A stretch of 64,000 bases of DNA from contig NC_058368.1 of the NCBI RefSeq assembly GCF_018350175.1, forward strand, positions 47,742,001 to 47,806,000, written 5' to 3'. The position numbers and the translations under genes were made by a program. This document shows, in pieces, positions 1-11,735 of this stretch. The stretch comes from Felis catus (lineage: Eukaryota). Each line of letters begins with the position of its first letter. Position 1 is the stretch's first letter. The notes beneath the pieces were generated by a model. It worked only from the letters and a program-made list of their open reading frames with translations, had not been told where the DNA came from and searched no databases.

Positions 1-3000
1 AAAGCATTTAAATGTGGGCATTCTACTGAAATTTGTAGATGCCTTTTGATGTATACATACATCAAGGGGCTATACCCATTGCCATCATTTAAAAGTTGCT
101 TCTGACCACCTTTTAAAGAAAAGATTCACATATCACTTTGCCCTTACAAATCAGCATGATTGTTTAACTGACTCTTGAATCAAATAGAATAATCTGTAAC
201 CAGCAGGATAGTTGTTTCTGCTCATATACTTTGCTATCTTTAATTTCATAATGAAGATTTAAAGTAATTCCGAGCACAGGCTTGGGGCCAAAAAAGGTAA
301 AATGTATAGGAAAAAAAATTAAGGCTGTAGGTACAAAGAAAAATTTGCAAGAAATTGAAAAATTTTCTGGTGACTGCTACTGGTTTATTGGTATGCCTAT
401 AAATATTGCTTTTACATCGAGTTTGGAAATTTCTTTGAAAATGGTGTTTATGGTTTAGTAAAAAGTGCTATTCTCCAAAGAAAAAAGTTCTGAAAAATTG
501 TGAACTCAATACAGATGTTTGAAATCCTAGTGGCTTTTAGTCACATGTGTGGATATGTTCTGAACCCTAACGAATATGCTGCAGTGGTTGGGAAATTAGG
601 GTATGGTAACATTTTTTAGATCATTTATCAGTCTCAGCTATCTGGAACAGGACAGAAAATGAGCAGTTGTACAGAGAAAGTCTTTGAGCAGCACCCAGGC
701 TTGGCTCAGGTATCCCTTAGACCGAGACTGTATACATAGGCCTTTTCGTGGGCACCAAATCTCAGAACGGCTTGCCAAGAGTCGACAAGAAAAGGACAAT
801 TGGAAGCACCCCCACAAAAGAAAATGGAAACCTACAATAACATAGGAACACAAACTGGGCTCAGTGAAGCATGGTACTGTCCGTACTGCATTTTACAGTG
901 GGCTGTGTTTGGGGTGCTTTGTTTAATTAAGAAAGAATTCCACAGTAAGTTTTGGAAAGATTTTTAGCCCAAGCCTCATTTTAAGGGGGTAATCCCTATG
1001 TTGTGTCTCACCTGCTTGTGTGGAACACTTTATTTCCTAATGACATTTATGTTAAGGTGTTACTGTGTATACTTTAAAGCTATAATCTCTGCCCCAGATG
1101 ATTTTAGTTTCAGTTTAGGTACTAAAAAGCCCTGATGTAAAACTTTAATTTTCTATTCTACACAGGTCTTTATTCTACACTTATTATCTATTTAATGTAT
1201 TAGGTATAGATTTGCATCTAAAAATATCGACAAGGTTGACAATAATTTTCATTTGTGGTATTTTGCGACTAAAAGAAACATTCAAAATGTTCCAAACACG
1301 AGTTACTCTCTTTTTGTGGAATTGTGGAAGGGAGTGAAAGGCTTTAACAAACATATAGGAACAATTTCACTTCCTTAGAAAATTATTTAGAGCTAAAATC
1401 AGCACTAAGTCTCTCTCCCTCTTCCTGTAGGTAGCTAGTTAGATCCGATAGATGGCCTTAATTGACATCATACAGTTTGGATCTAGAGATCAGTACGTTG
1501 GTGTGTAACCTGGTAACCTGTGTTGTTAGAGGTGGAAAAGTTGTGCAGGATGAAATTATTTAGTATCCAATGGATTTTTTGAGTCTGTATTTGAAAAATA
1601 TGCAGGAAAAAGTGTCACATTTAGCTTGTGTCAGATGTTACTAGTTAAAATTCTTAAATTATTTTTATTTGCAGCTTTGAGATTTATTTTCTATATTGAT
1701 GGTTTCAAGCTTATATAAGAAAAGTAGTGGCTTAAGAGGCTTGCTAGTTTAGACCCCTGGAAAGGTATTTATGAGTGTGAAAGCTTAGAAACAATTTCTT
1801 TTTAATGACTCACTGGGAAGATTAAACTTTGCTTCTAGGACTTGTTCTTTCATCTGAAAAACATTTACATAGGAAATTGATTAAGCATTGTTTTGAGATG
1901 ATAAAGCTTATCGAAGGTTAAGAAGTAAAATTTGATTAAGCAAACATTTTGACTGATCTTGTGGAGAATCCAAAGAGAATCTTTTCTTCCCTTTTGTTCT
2001 TATAAACTAGTGGGAGGAGATAGTTCATAAGCAGGTTAAATGGAATTGCTGAAGCTGAGATAGAAATAATCAGCTGTGAAGGTAGAATGTAATTTTTTTT
2101 AAGTAATAATTTAATCATCCAAGATTTTTACACCAGTAGATATTTTTAGTTCTATAGAATGTAGTAGCTGTTTACTTGATGACCTACATTTTTTTCTGGT
2201 GGAAGATTAGAAACAAAGTATTGTCCTACTTTAGTAAAAGTATCACTGTAGCAGCATTCCTATTCTGTCAGCTTGTATTATTTATATTCAAGGATCTTTA
2301 ACTCTGATTAGGGGGAGTTAAACTCTTTTAGAAGAAGTATATCTCAGGTAACTTCCATTAAAAAATATCTAGGCAGCAGAATGTTTCTTTTTGACTGCTT
2401 TATAAATAAAAACCTTTAAGAGCTGGGAGAATTCTTAAGGTAACCATAGTGCCAACTAGAGAAGAGAATATCTAGTACTCCTTCGGTGCTAGAAAAATGA
2501 AAATACAGAAGTTTTCTATTTTGGTTGAAAAAGAAAAGGTAAACCCTTTTCACAGGTTTTTTAAAAATTCAGTTTGGGTTCTTATTACAAGAAAGTGAAT
2601 CTGAGTGTTGTCTTTTTATCAAACTCAAGAACTGGTATTTCATTAACACTATTAATGAGGAAGGATTTTTCCATTGTTTTTGTCAGGAACCCTTAGGAGA
2701 AGTGGCAGAAACTTAGGAGCCCAGAGATTCACTCAGTAAGGAGACAGACTGCAAATGTATCCCCATCCTGTCCCCCTTTGGGTTTGGCAGGTCACTGTTC
2801 TTTGGCCCCAGTAGTCCCTTTGCTGTTTGACCAGCAGTAGGAGCTTCACAACTGCTTAGTTTTTCATCAAATCTAGTCCAATTCTGTCAAAGAAAACTTG
2901 TTTATGTAGAGTTTGTTTATTCTTCTACACTTTATGTGATGGATAATAAATGGACCCTGTGCTTAGTGGATTCTGAACATGTCCTGCCTAAAAGCATGGT

Positions 3001-3821
3001 TCTCACCTAGGCATACATTTAGTGAGATTGTCCTCAGCGGTTCTAGGCAGAACAGAACCAGGAAAAGCCCTGCTCAAAGTAGAGGGGAAAGAGACAATCT
3101 GGTAGACTCACACCAGATCCTCTCCTGTCTCTTATGCCTTCCCTCCTTTTTGTTAATGGAAATATCAGAGTTGGTCAGACTTGGGCCCGTCGTGATTGTT
3201 CCAAAGATGCCTATGAGAAGTGTGGCATTGCAGCTGGAATAGAAGATCCTCTCTGCCCTAGAGGAACTTCCAAAGCTAGTTTAGGAGGCAAAACACAGCT
3301 GTTTGAACCCTCTTACACAGATATATGTATAAGTGCAAATGAGGCATTCAAAACAAATGTAAGTGGTGATGGGGATAGATAGAAGTGGAATGATCTCTCC
3401 TGGACTGTTCAGAGGTTTTCTGGAAGGGTTAAGATGAATCAGATTATAAGGAAAGGGGTAAATGTGTGAACTGACCGCAAATTGACTGGCAGGGAGAAGG
3501 GAATTTCTTAATTTTAATATCCTTTAATCAGTTTCCTAAAAGTGGATAGATTATTGACAGGGATACTATATCTAGTAAATACTAGATGCATTTCGCAAAC
3601 ACAAATAATACTAATCTCTGAAGTGAACTGTTTACCCTTCTGTTCCAAGTGTAGGAGATGTGCTACAGTGAGCTTTAATAAAAAGATTTTTTTAAATGGA
3701 AAATTACTGGCAAAGATATATGAAAACATGAATTAACGAGCCCAAATCATCCTACCTTATCTTTTTTAGATATTGAATATTTTCCCCATGAATTTAATAT
3801 TGTGATTGTTTCCTCTTTTTT

Positions 3822-4041
3822 GAATAATTTTTTTAATGTTTGTGTATTTTTGAGAGAGAGAGAAAGAGAGAGACAGAGTGTGAGCAAGGGAGGGGCAGAG
3901 AGAGAGGGGGTGACACAATCTGAAGCAGGCTCTGGGCTCCAAGCTGTCAGCACAGAGCCCGATGCGGGGCTCAAACTCACAAACTGTGAGATCGTGACCT
4001 GAGCTGAAGGCCGCTTAACCAACTGAGCCACCCAGGAGCCC
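3822..4041 (-). mobile_element. CAN-SINE (SINEC_Fc-type), intronic antisense
   Basis: tRNA-like head, (CT)n linker, A-tail. TSD gtttcctctttttt at 3808-3821 and 4042-4055. Confidence 0.95.
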
Positions 4042-4520
4042 GTTTCCTCTTTTTTAACTTGTACTAGAATATATATAGACTGTTTCAGACTAAATTCTTT
4101 AAGTGTCTAATAATATTAAGTTGCATAAAAACATTTTCCTTCTGAAATAGGAGCTGATTTGAACTTTTAAGAACTACATTCTAAGAATTAAGATTAAGAA
4201 AAAAGATTAAATACAGACTATTGAAATAATTTATTCCACTTTGCATTGTTTTGTTTCTCAGAATGGGAAATGGATTTTAAGTTCTTTGAGTTCAGAGACT
4301 GTTTTTGTTTTTGTTTTTGTTTTTAACAGGAGAAAATCAAAAGATTAAGTCCTATTTGTTTTTTTTCAAGTCATTTAGTACAAGCTACACTCTCATTTAC
4401 TAAACATTGATTTTAATCCTGATGGGTTTTAGTCTCTATCAGATAATAGTTGATAGATAGAATTATTTTTAGTTACCAGGAAGGAGACCAGATGTGCAAA
4501 TTTGCTGTAACAAACTTTTT

Positions 4521-4726
4521 TTTAAACATTTTATTTATTTTTGAGACAGGGAGAGACAGAGCATGAACAGGGGAGGGTCAGAGAGAGGGAGACACAGAAT
4601 CCGAAACAGGTGCCAGGCTCTGAGCTGGCAGCACAGAGCCCGACACGGGGCTCAAACTCCGGGACCGTGAGATCATGACCTGAGCCGAAGTCGGGCGCTT
4701 AACCGACTGAGCCACCCAGGTGCCCC
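4521..4726 (-). mobile_element. CAN-SINE (SINEC_Fc-type), intronic antisense
   Basis: TSD gctgtaacaaacttttt at 4504-4520 and 4727-4743. Confidence 0.95.
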
Positions 4727-7167
4727 GCTGTAACAAACTTTTTAAAAAGTTACCTAAAGTAGCCATTCTGAGAAATATTTCCATTTGTGATATATTTCTT
4801 TTGTTAGAGTCTGTGTGGAACATTCTAGGGAAAGGCCTTGGTATGAATCTATTGAATATGTTCAGCAGAGCAGAGAAACCTCCCATTCTGTTGTGGCAGG
4901 TTCCAAAGTCCTATTTTATCTGTTTATCAGAGGAAAAAAAATATGATTTTTTTTTTAGTCCATCGCTGAAGATTTCAAATACGCTGTAAACATGTTCTGC
5001 GAACCCCTTGAAATTTGTTTAGCCTGGGGTAAAGGGAAACCATCATTAGGTGATATTTGGGCATTGTCAGAACAGTTTGTGAGACCCCCACTGATCCTGA
5101 AAGGTGGGCCTCCACTGAGGGCTGGCTCAGCCAGAGTTATGCCTTGTGCTCACCTTCTGCAGCTGAAGGCCTGCTCTGAGTCCATTAAGCCATTCCTTGA
5201 CTGACCTTCTCAAGTGGCTCTAGAATCTTTAAATAAATTTGAACAATATGTATTCCTTAAATTGTTCGTGTAGAGTGTATTGGTGTTTATTCCTGGAGGA
5301 TTTAAGTAGGACAGTAAGGAAAAGAGGTAGGCCCAGATTCCTAATCTGGAACGCATTGTGTCACTTCTTACCTCATGGAGTTATTGTGACGATTGAGTGA
5401 CATAATGAGAAATACCCGACTCTGGAGTTTGCACTCAAGCGGTGTTTGTGCCCGTTCCCTACTTTTACTGGTCATGCTTTTGCTTAACATTTTTATGAAA
5501 TACATTGATTGGCTTCATCAGTCCAGATGATAGAGTATGCATGTTTAACTTGAACAATTTTTAAGAAGTTTAGGGATTCCTAGCAAAACACTCCTAGGTA
5601 ATTTTAAAATAGCATGAGAAGATACTGTTTTTGAGATAAAGTTGAAGCTTGTTTTCCATGCTGTTCAAACTTGTCACTTTTTTCTTTTTGCCTTTGGAAA
5701 GTTTCACATTAGCAGCATGACAACTTAAAAATACAGTTGATGTTGAAAGAGCTTAACTAAATATTTTAAATTGGTGGTATTGGAAAGAGATTCTGTAAAA
5801 ATCCAATTAAACCTTTGAAAGCTCTATCCTGTTGAAATAACTTAAAGGAAGTCAGTTTGGTTTCCCAGAAGTACTGTGCATAGTGTTTCTGGCTGAGGAA
5901 GAAAGGCCCGCATCTACTATTTGGCCAGAAATTGGGTACCAGCTTCCTCTATGATGTTTGACTTGAGCAGTGTTGACATTTGAACAAATCCCATAGAAAC
6001 TGCCCCAAGTGGGGAATAGTTGTTCTTGCTTTTAGAGTAAAGACTTGGCCCCATAACTAATGTCCCAGACACTGGTAGTATTCTTGGCTGAATAATCTAT
6101 AGATGTGCATACATTGAGAGCAAAACCCCAAATGTTTTAGGAACTTTAATGGCTACCGTTTTTCAACCAATCAGTAAAGTAAACTTTAAAAAATATTGGT
6201 GCAGTTTATTGCTTCATAGCCAATAAAAATAGTGAACAAAAAGAGTCTAGTGTCCCTTGTTTCTTAAATAAACTCTGAAAATTCAGTTCTCTTGCGATTT
6301 AATTATTAAATGCAAAAGACTAGAATGATTTCTTTTAAAATTAGGGCACTTTAGGAATTTTTTTCCTTGCCTCAGACATCAGAAATAGCTTTCTCTTTCC
6401 ATTAAGTGACAGTGAAGTATTTCACCAACATGTTTGTTTTTGTGATTTATTTTTCAAGAGGAACAAAAATAAACGCTTGTGCAAAAAGTTATTTTTTACT
6501 GTTTGATTTACATCTACAAGAGTGATAGCTAGATTTACTCCTAGTATTAAGACATTTGTGTTTCATACAGGATACATGTGAATATAAGTTGAGAGGAAAG
6601 TGGTTTATTATGTTACTTAAAAGGTTGGAGTGTATCAGATTAAGTTCTTAGAATTTATAATGAGAAAAAACTGTAGGAATTGAGACTTGTATTTTTTAAA
6701 TGGATGTAAACAAAACAGGGAGTTCAACTAAGTATTTGTGTCCTGGTTCAGAGGAGAGGGGAGAGGAAAGGAGGGTTGGGGATGTCTGCCATAGGAGTTG
6801 AAAGAAAAATCTCCTGTGAAGTAATAGGTACGAATTTCAAAGGACTATTCTGGCCCTTCCTTTCTTCTTTGTCCTTAGGATTTTGTTTGAGTCAGAGTAG
6901 TTATCATGACAGCAAAAATATATTAACCACAAGCTGTGGAAATCTCGGTTGATGTGGACAATGTCTTTTAAAATTTGGACTCAGTTGAGTAATCTTACAG
7001 CTTCCTGAATGTGATACTGCTAAATCAAGACAGAAAGGTTGTTGGGCTTCATTGTGGTACTAAGGTGACTCTGAGGTTCTTCCCTTTCACAAGAAAAACA
7101 TGTTTTAAGGAATTGAGGAGTTTGACCATTCAGTTTTAGAAGGTATCCATATAAAACTGAGCAGTAA

Positions 7168-7355
7168 GGGGCGCCTGGGTGGCTCAATCAGTTAAGTGTC
7201 CGGCTTCGGCTCAGGTCATGATCTCACGGTCATGCTGACAGCTGACAGCTCAGAGCCTGGAGCCTGCTTCAGATTCTGTATTTCCCCCTCTCTCTCTGCC
7301 CCTCCCCTGCTCTCTCTCTCTCGCTCTCTCTCAAAAATAAATAAACATTAAAAAA
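7168..7355 (+). mobile_element. CAN-SINE with internal deletion of the B-box region
   Basis: ggggcgcctgggtggctc head. TSD aaaactgagcagtaa at 7153-7167 and 7356-7370. Confidence 0.95.
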
Positions 7356-7749
7356 AAAACTGAGCAGTAAGCCAACAGTAGTACTTTAATAAGCAAACGT
7401 ATGTCACAAACTCTCATCTTAAACGAGCAAATTCCTAGAAAATTCTAACAAAATGAAACATAAATATAGGAACTTACTAGTTAATGCTCAGTGAAACATT
7501 TTTAGGTTTTGGGGATTTATTTAGGGAAATACATGATCTTAGTTAAATAAGGTTAATTGATTCTTACACTGGGAGTTGAGACTACATTATCAATGTTAAG
7601 TGGATTTGAAAGATTAACAACAAGCACACTTCAGACAACTTTAAGAATATTACAGAGGGATTGTGGCTTATGTATCAGTTTACTAAAATAAAGAGTGCTG
7701 TGAAAGAATAGGTAGATTGAATGATTAGAGACTTTTAAAATACTATCAT

Positions 7750-7868
7750 GCATGTAAGCTCCGTGAGGCCAGGCATTTTTGTTTTGTTGACCATTGTAAC
7801 CCAAACACTCGGGACAGTGCCCGGCATATAACAGACACTGGGCAGATACGTGCATTTTTCAGCGAATG
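7750..7868 (+). mobile_element. L2 3'-end relic
   Basis: 'tgtaagctccgtgaggccagg...acagtgcccggcatataacagacact' matches the L2 terminal motif. Confidence 0.65.
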
Positions 7869-8558
7869 TCAGAATTACTACAGTTTCATGATTCTTCACC
7901 AAAGGGAAGTTATCAGTATCAGGCTTTCTGATCTGGTTGAAGAATTTATTAAATATCAAATGCATAAAGCTTCAACACCATTCAACTTCAGTGTTATTTT
8001 ACTAGCTTTGTTTTGCTTTCATCTGACAAAAACAGGAAGACCGTGAATGTGTGTGTGCTAGAGTGAGTTTCCAAGAGTGAGTGCCCATTAGCAGCCCATT
8101 TTGGAGGCCCCGTGTTCAAAGGAGCTGACTAGTTTATGTGAAGTTCATTCGGGGCTAATTTAGAAACATTTAGGTTCACAGTTGTAGTACGTTTAGTTCC
8201 TCGTATGGCTGATTTGAGGAGCTTTGAAATTTATTCCTCCCTCGGCCCATCTTACAGCTATTAGTCCTGTACAAATTTAATTTGAGTTTGTTGGTGTAGA
8301 AACTGAAATCGCACAGCAAAGATACAGCCCCCCCCCCCCCTCCCCATCTCGTCATCTCGTGGCTTTGCATGTGCGGGCACAGTACATACCGGTGAGCACC
8401 CACTCATCTTGCACGTGTAGAGTCGCCATTTTGCCATCCCGCAGAGGTACTGCAGACACTTCCTTCCTAGCAAACAGGGACTCGCCTCGCTCGAGGCCTT
8501 GAGGAAGTTTAGGTCGTGATGGAACTCATGAACTTCCCGACTGGACCACGGTTCTTAA

Positions 8559-8819
<261 letters not shown>

Positions 8820-8933
8820 GCCCCGCCGCGGACCGCCGTGCCTATGCAATTCACACTGACGCTGTGCAGTTCATTTGGCAAAGTTTCAAACGACAAACCT
8901 AACTACGTATATAAAAAGAAAAAGAAAACAAAA

Positions 8934-8941
8934 AACTGGAA
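8934..8941 (+). promoter_or_regulatory. miR-145-5p 8mer site (AACTGGAA) in KLF5 3' UTR
   Basis: Exact complement of miR-145 seed UCCAGUU plus A1; pairing extends to AAAACTGGA. KLF5 is an established miR-145 target. Confidence 0.75.
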
Positions 8942-9059
8942 ATGTATATTTTGTATATTTGACGAAACAGGGAATACATTGTATGAATACCAAAGTGTTT
9001 GGTCCTTTTAAGAATCTGGAATGCTTGCTGTAATGTATATGGCTTTACTCAAGCAGATC

Positions 9060-9067
9060 TCATCTCA
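9060..9067 (+). promoter_or_regulatory. miR-143-3p 8mer site (TCATCTCA)
   Basis: Exact seed match to GAGAUGA plus A1. Confidence 0.6.
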
Positions 9068-9577
9068 TGACAGGCAGCCACATCTCAGCGTGGGCAGGGG
9101 GGTGGGGGTTGCAGGGTGTGTTTGCAGTGTTTTTACCTAAGCACCATCATTTAATGTGACAGTGTTTAGTAAACAAGTCGGTTGGCAGGCACAGGAAGAA
9201 GGCTGGGTTGTATGTCAAGATTTTACTTGACATCGAGTAGGGTTTTTTTTCAATATTAGGTAATTCCTTAGAGGTGCGCACCCCAGCGTACCTGGCGATT
9301 CACAAATAGCCATTGAACAAATGTGGGTTTTTTTGTTTTTATATGAGTTGCCTCTATTTGCTATCCGAAATTTTGTAAATATGCAAATCAGCTTTGTAGG
9401 TTTATTACAAGTTTTCTAAGATTCTTTTGGGGGAAAATCATAAATAAATCTGTTTGAAAATAAACCATGAATACATTTACAGTTAGAATTTGTGGTAAGT
9501 TACCTCTTGAAACCTTACCAAATTCATTTCTTTCGGAGGAAGAAATAATCATTCAAATAAACTTAAAGCAGATTCCA

Positions 9578-9585
9578 TGCACTGA
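9578..9585 (+). promoter_or_regulatory. miR-148/152 8mer site (TGCACTGA)
   Basis: Exact seed match. Confidence 0.55.
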
Positions 9586-9684
9586 TTAAAATAGGGTTGT
9601 TTATTTTAAATATGAAAGACATTTTATATGAATTGTGAACTCAAGAGCGCAAAGATACGATACACAAAAGTCAAACCTCTTACA

Positions 9685-9692
9685 ATAAGCTA
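9685..9692 (+). promoter_or_regulatory. miR-21-5p/590-5p 8mer site (ATAAGCTA)
   Basis: Exact seed match. Confidence 0.55.
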
Positions 9693-10188
9693 AACACAGT
9701 ATCGTTTTAGAAAAAGAAGGACTTATGTAGCTCTCACATGGCGTTGTTGGATTTACGATACAGTTTTCATATCCTGAGATGTTTGCTCGTGCAGTACTGT
9801 GGTTAAATGCCAATTTATGTGGATTTTGCATGTAATATACAGTGAGACACAGTAATTTTACCTAAATTACAGTGCAGTTTAGTTATTAATCATTGTTAAT
9901 ACTGACTCAGTGTCTGCCTTTAATTATAAGTGACATGTAGAAAACTTAAGGAAACAAGTGCTACATATATGCAATGTAATAGAAATGTGATGCTGATGCT
10001 GTTAACCAAAGGGCAGAATAAATAAGCAAAATGCCAAAAGGGGTCTTAATTGAAATGAGAATTTAATTTTGTTTTTAAAATATTGTTTATCTTTATTTAT
10101 TTTGTGGTAATATAGTAAGTTTTTTTAGAAAATTTTCATAACTTGATAAATTATAGTTTTGTTTGTTAGAAGAGTTGCTCTTAAAACG

Positions 10189-10216
10189 TGTAAATAGATG
10201 ACAAACGGTGTAAATA
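10189..10216 (+). promoter_or_regulatory. Tandem Pumilio response elements TGTAAATA (10189-10196, 10209-10216); third at 9374-9381
   Basis: Exact matches to the UGUAHAUA consensus. Confidence 0.55.
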
Positions 10217-10326
10217 TTTTGTAAGGCTTCAAAATGTTTATACGTGGAAACATGCCTACATAAAAAGCATAAATTGGTTGCTGTTTTGCTTCTTTTCCCC
10301 TCTTATTTTTGTATTGTGGTCATTTC

Positions 10327-10334
10327 CTATGCAA
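10327..10334 (+). promoter_or_regulatory. miR-153 8mer site (CTATGCAA); second copy at 8842-8849
   Basis: Exact seed matches. Related miR-448 8mers (ATATGCAA) at 9379-9386 and 9967-9974. Confidence 0.55.
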
Positions 10335-10417
10335 ATAACGGAGCAAACAGCTGTATAGTTGTAGAATTTTTTGAGAGAATGAGATGTTTATATATTAACG
10401 ACAATTTTTTTTTGGAA

Positions 10418-10423
10418 AATAAA
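10418..10423 (+). terminator. Probable main KLF5 polyadenylation signal AATAAA
   Basis: AATAAA preceded by a U-rich tract (10405-10413) and followed ~20 nt later by GU/U-rich 'tgtcgtgccttccttcttc'. Confidence 0.75.
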
Positions 10424-10829
10424 AAGTGCCTAAAAGATTCATGTCGTGCCTTCCTTCTTCACCCATAATAGCAAAAAAAGCAAATTCCATTCCCAAAACT
10501 ATTGAAAAGGCTCTGTCTTATCAGGGCAATAAAATACCAATAAAAACCCGATTCCCACATTGAGCCAAAGCTACCTTTGTTTAAGACAAAAGAAACGGAT
10601 TTGTTTTAAAAGTATGATTACAAGTGTGAAGGGAGATAAGGTTCGTGAATGCTGATTTTTTTTGGTCACTACACAGACACATACTGCATTAATCTCAAGA
10701 TCAGTAGCTGAAAACTGTAGAGGTAACTTGCATTTGCTGGTTTTATTGTCGGGAAAATAAAACAAGAATGGGGCTTTTAACCTTTTTTTTCCTTTTTAGA
10801 AGAGAAAATGATCACTGGAAGTTTATTTA

Positions 10830-11735
10830 ATCCAGTAGCAACAAGCACACCAAGGGCTTGGTTTTTAATACCATCCTTGAATAAAAAGAAATGGGGCTTC
10901 TTAGAAATGGCTGGTTCTAGGACTAGGTTAGGAAATGGACCAAATGTTCCTGGAGCATCTTCCAGCACCAGAAAGTAAGGAAGTCATTGAAATCTCACAA
11001 TATAAAGAAGGAATGAGTTGTAACCCAAAGGATAAAATAGCCACCAGCTCATACTGAAGTAAATGATTGATTAAATAGGAAACAAATCTGCAGAATCCCA
11101 ATCAATTTTTGTAGGTACTTTACCCTCAGAGGTAGAGCATGACTCCCCACTCCTTAAGTGTGTGTTGCACAGTAGGCAATGTGGCCTGGAGGGGAGACGA
11201 ATAACTGTGCAGCGGCAGAAACCCGCCCAACCCCCTCAGGCTGGTGGTCAAGGTCCACCTCGACAGTGATGAATCATGTTGATAGTACATACCCTTGAGT
11301 TGATGTGATGAGAATGGAACTTTGCCTCTGCTCTCTTCCTCCTAAAAACATGGTAACCTCCGTCCAATCGACAAAGCCCAACTTTGCATTCTACTTAAAT
11401 GCGTTCTACTTAAAATACCAATACTCAGTATTGTCAGGGTCTTGAAAAACAAAATATGAGAAATTATCACAGCCAAAAGAAGCCTGAGGAGACATGACTT
11501 AAGTGTAATGTAAACTAACTGGGATTCTGGAACAGAAAAAAGACATTAGGGAAAAACTGAGGAAGTCTGAATGAAGTATAGAATTTAATGTATCAGCAAT
11601 ATTGGTTCATTATGATAAAATGTATCCTGCTAATGGAAGCTGTTAACAGGAGAACCTGGAGGTGGGGTATACGGGAATTCTGTATTATCTTTGCAGTAAT
11701 TCTATCAAACTTCTTGAATAAAAAGTTTATTTTTA
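10830..11735 (+). mobile_element. Old L1 3' region (L1MC/L1MD-like)
   Basis: Motifs 'gggattctggaacagaaaaaagacattagggaaaaact', 'tgtatcagcaatattggttcatt', 'gggaattctgtattatctttgca...aataaaaagtttatttt'. Confidence 0.7.

Larger units (their letters stand above)
8820..10445 (+). other. KLF5: KLF5 3' UTR (~1.6 kb)
   Basis: Repeat-free AU-rich sequence after the stop, resembling the mammalian KLF5 UTR as recalled (e.g. 'aactggaaatgtatattttgtatattt...agcagatctcatctcatgacaggcagcc'). The end is inferred from the AATAAA. Confidence 0.85.
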
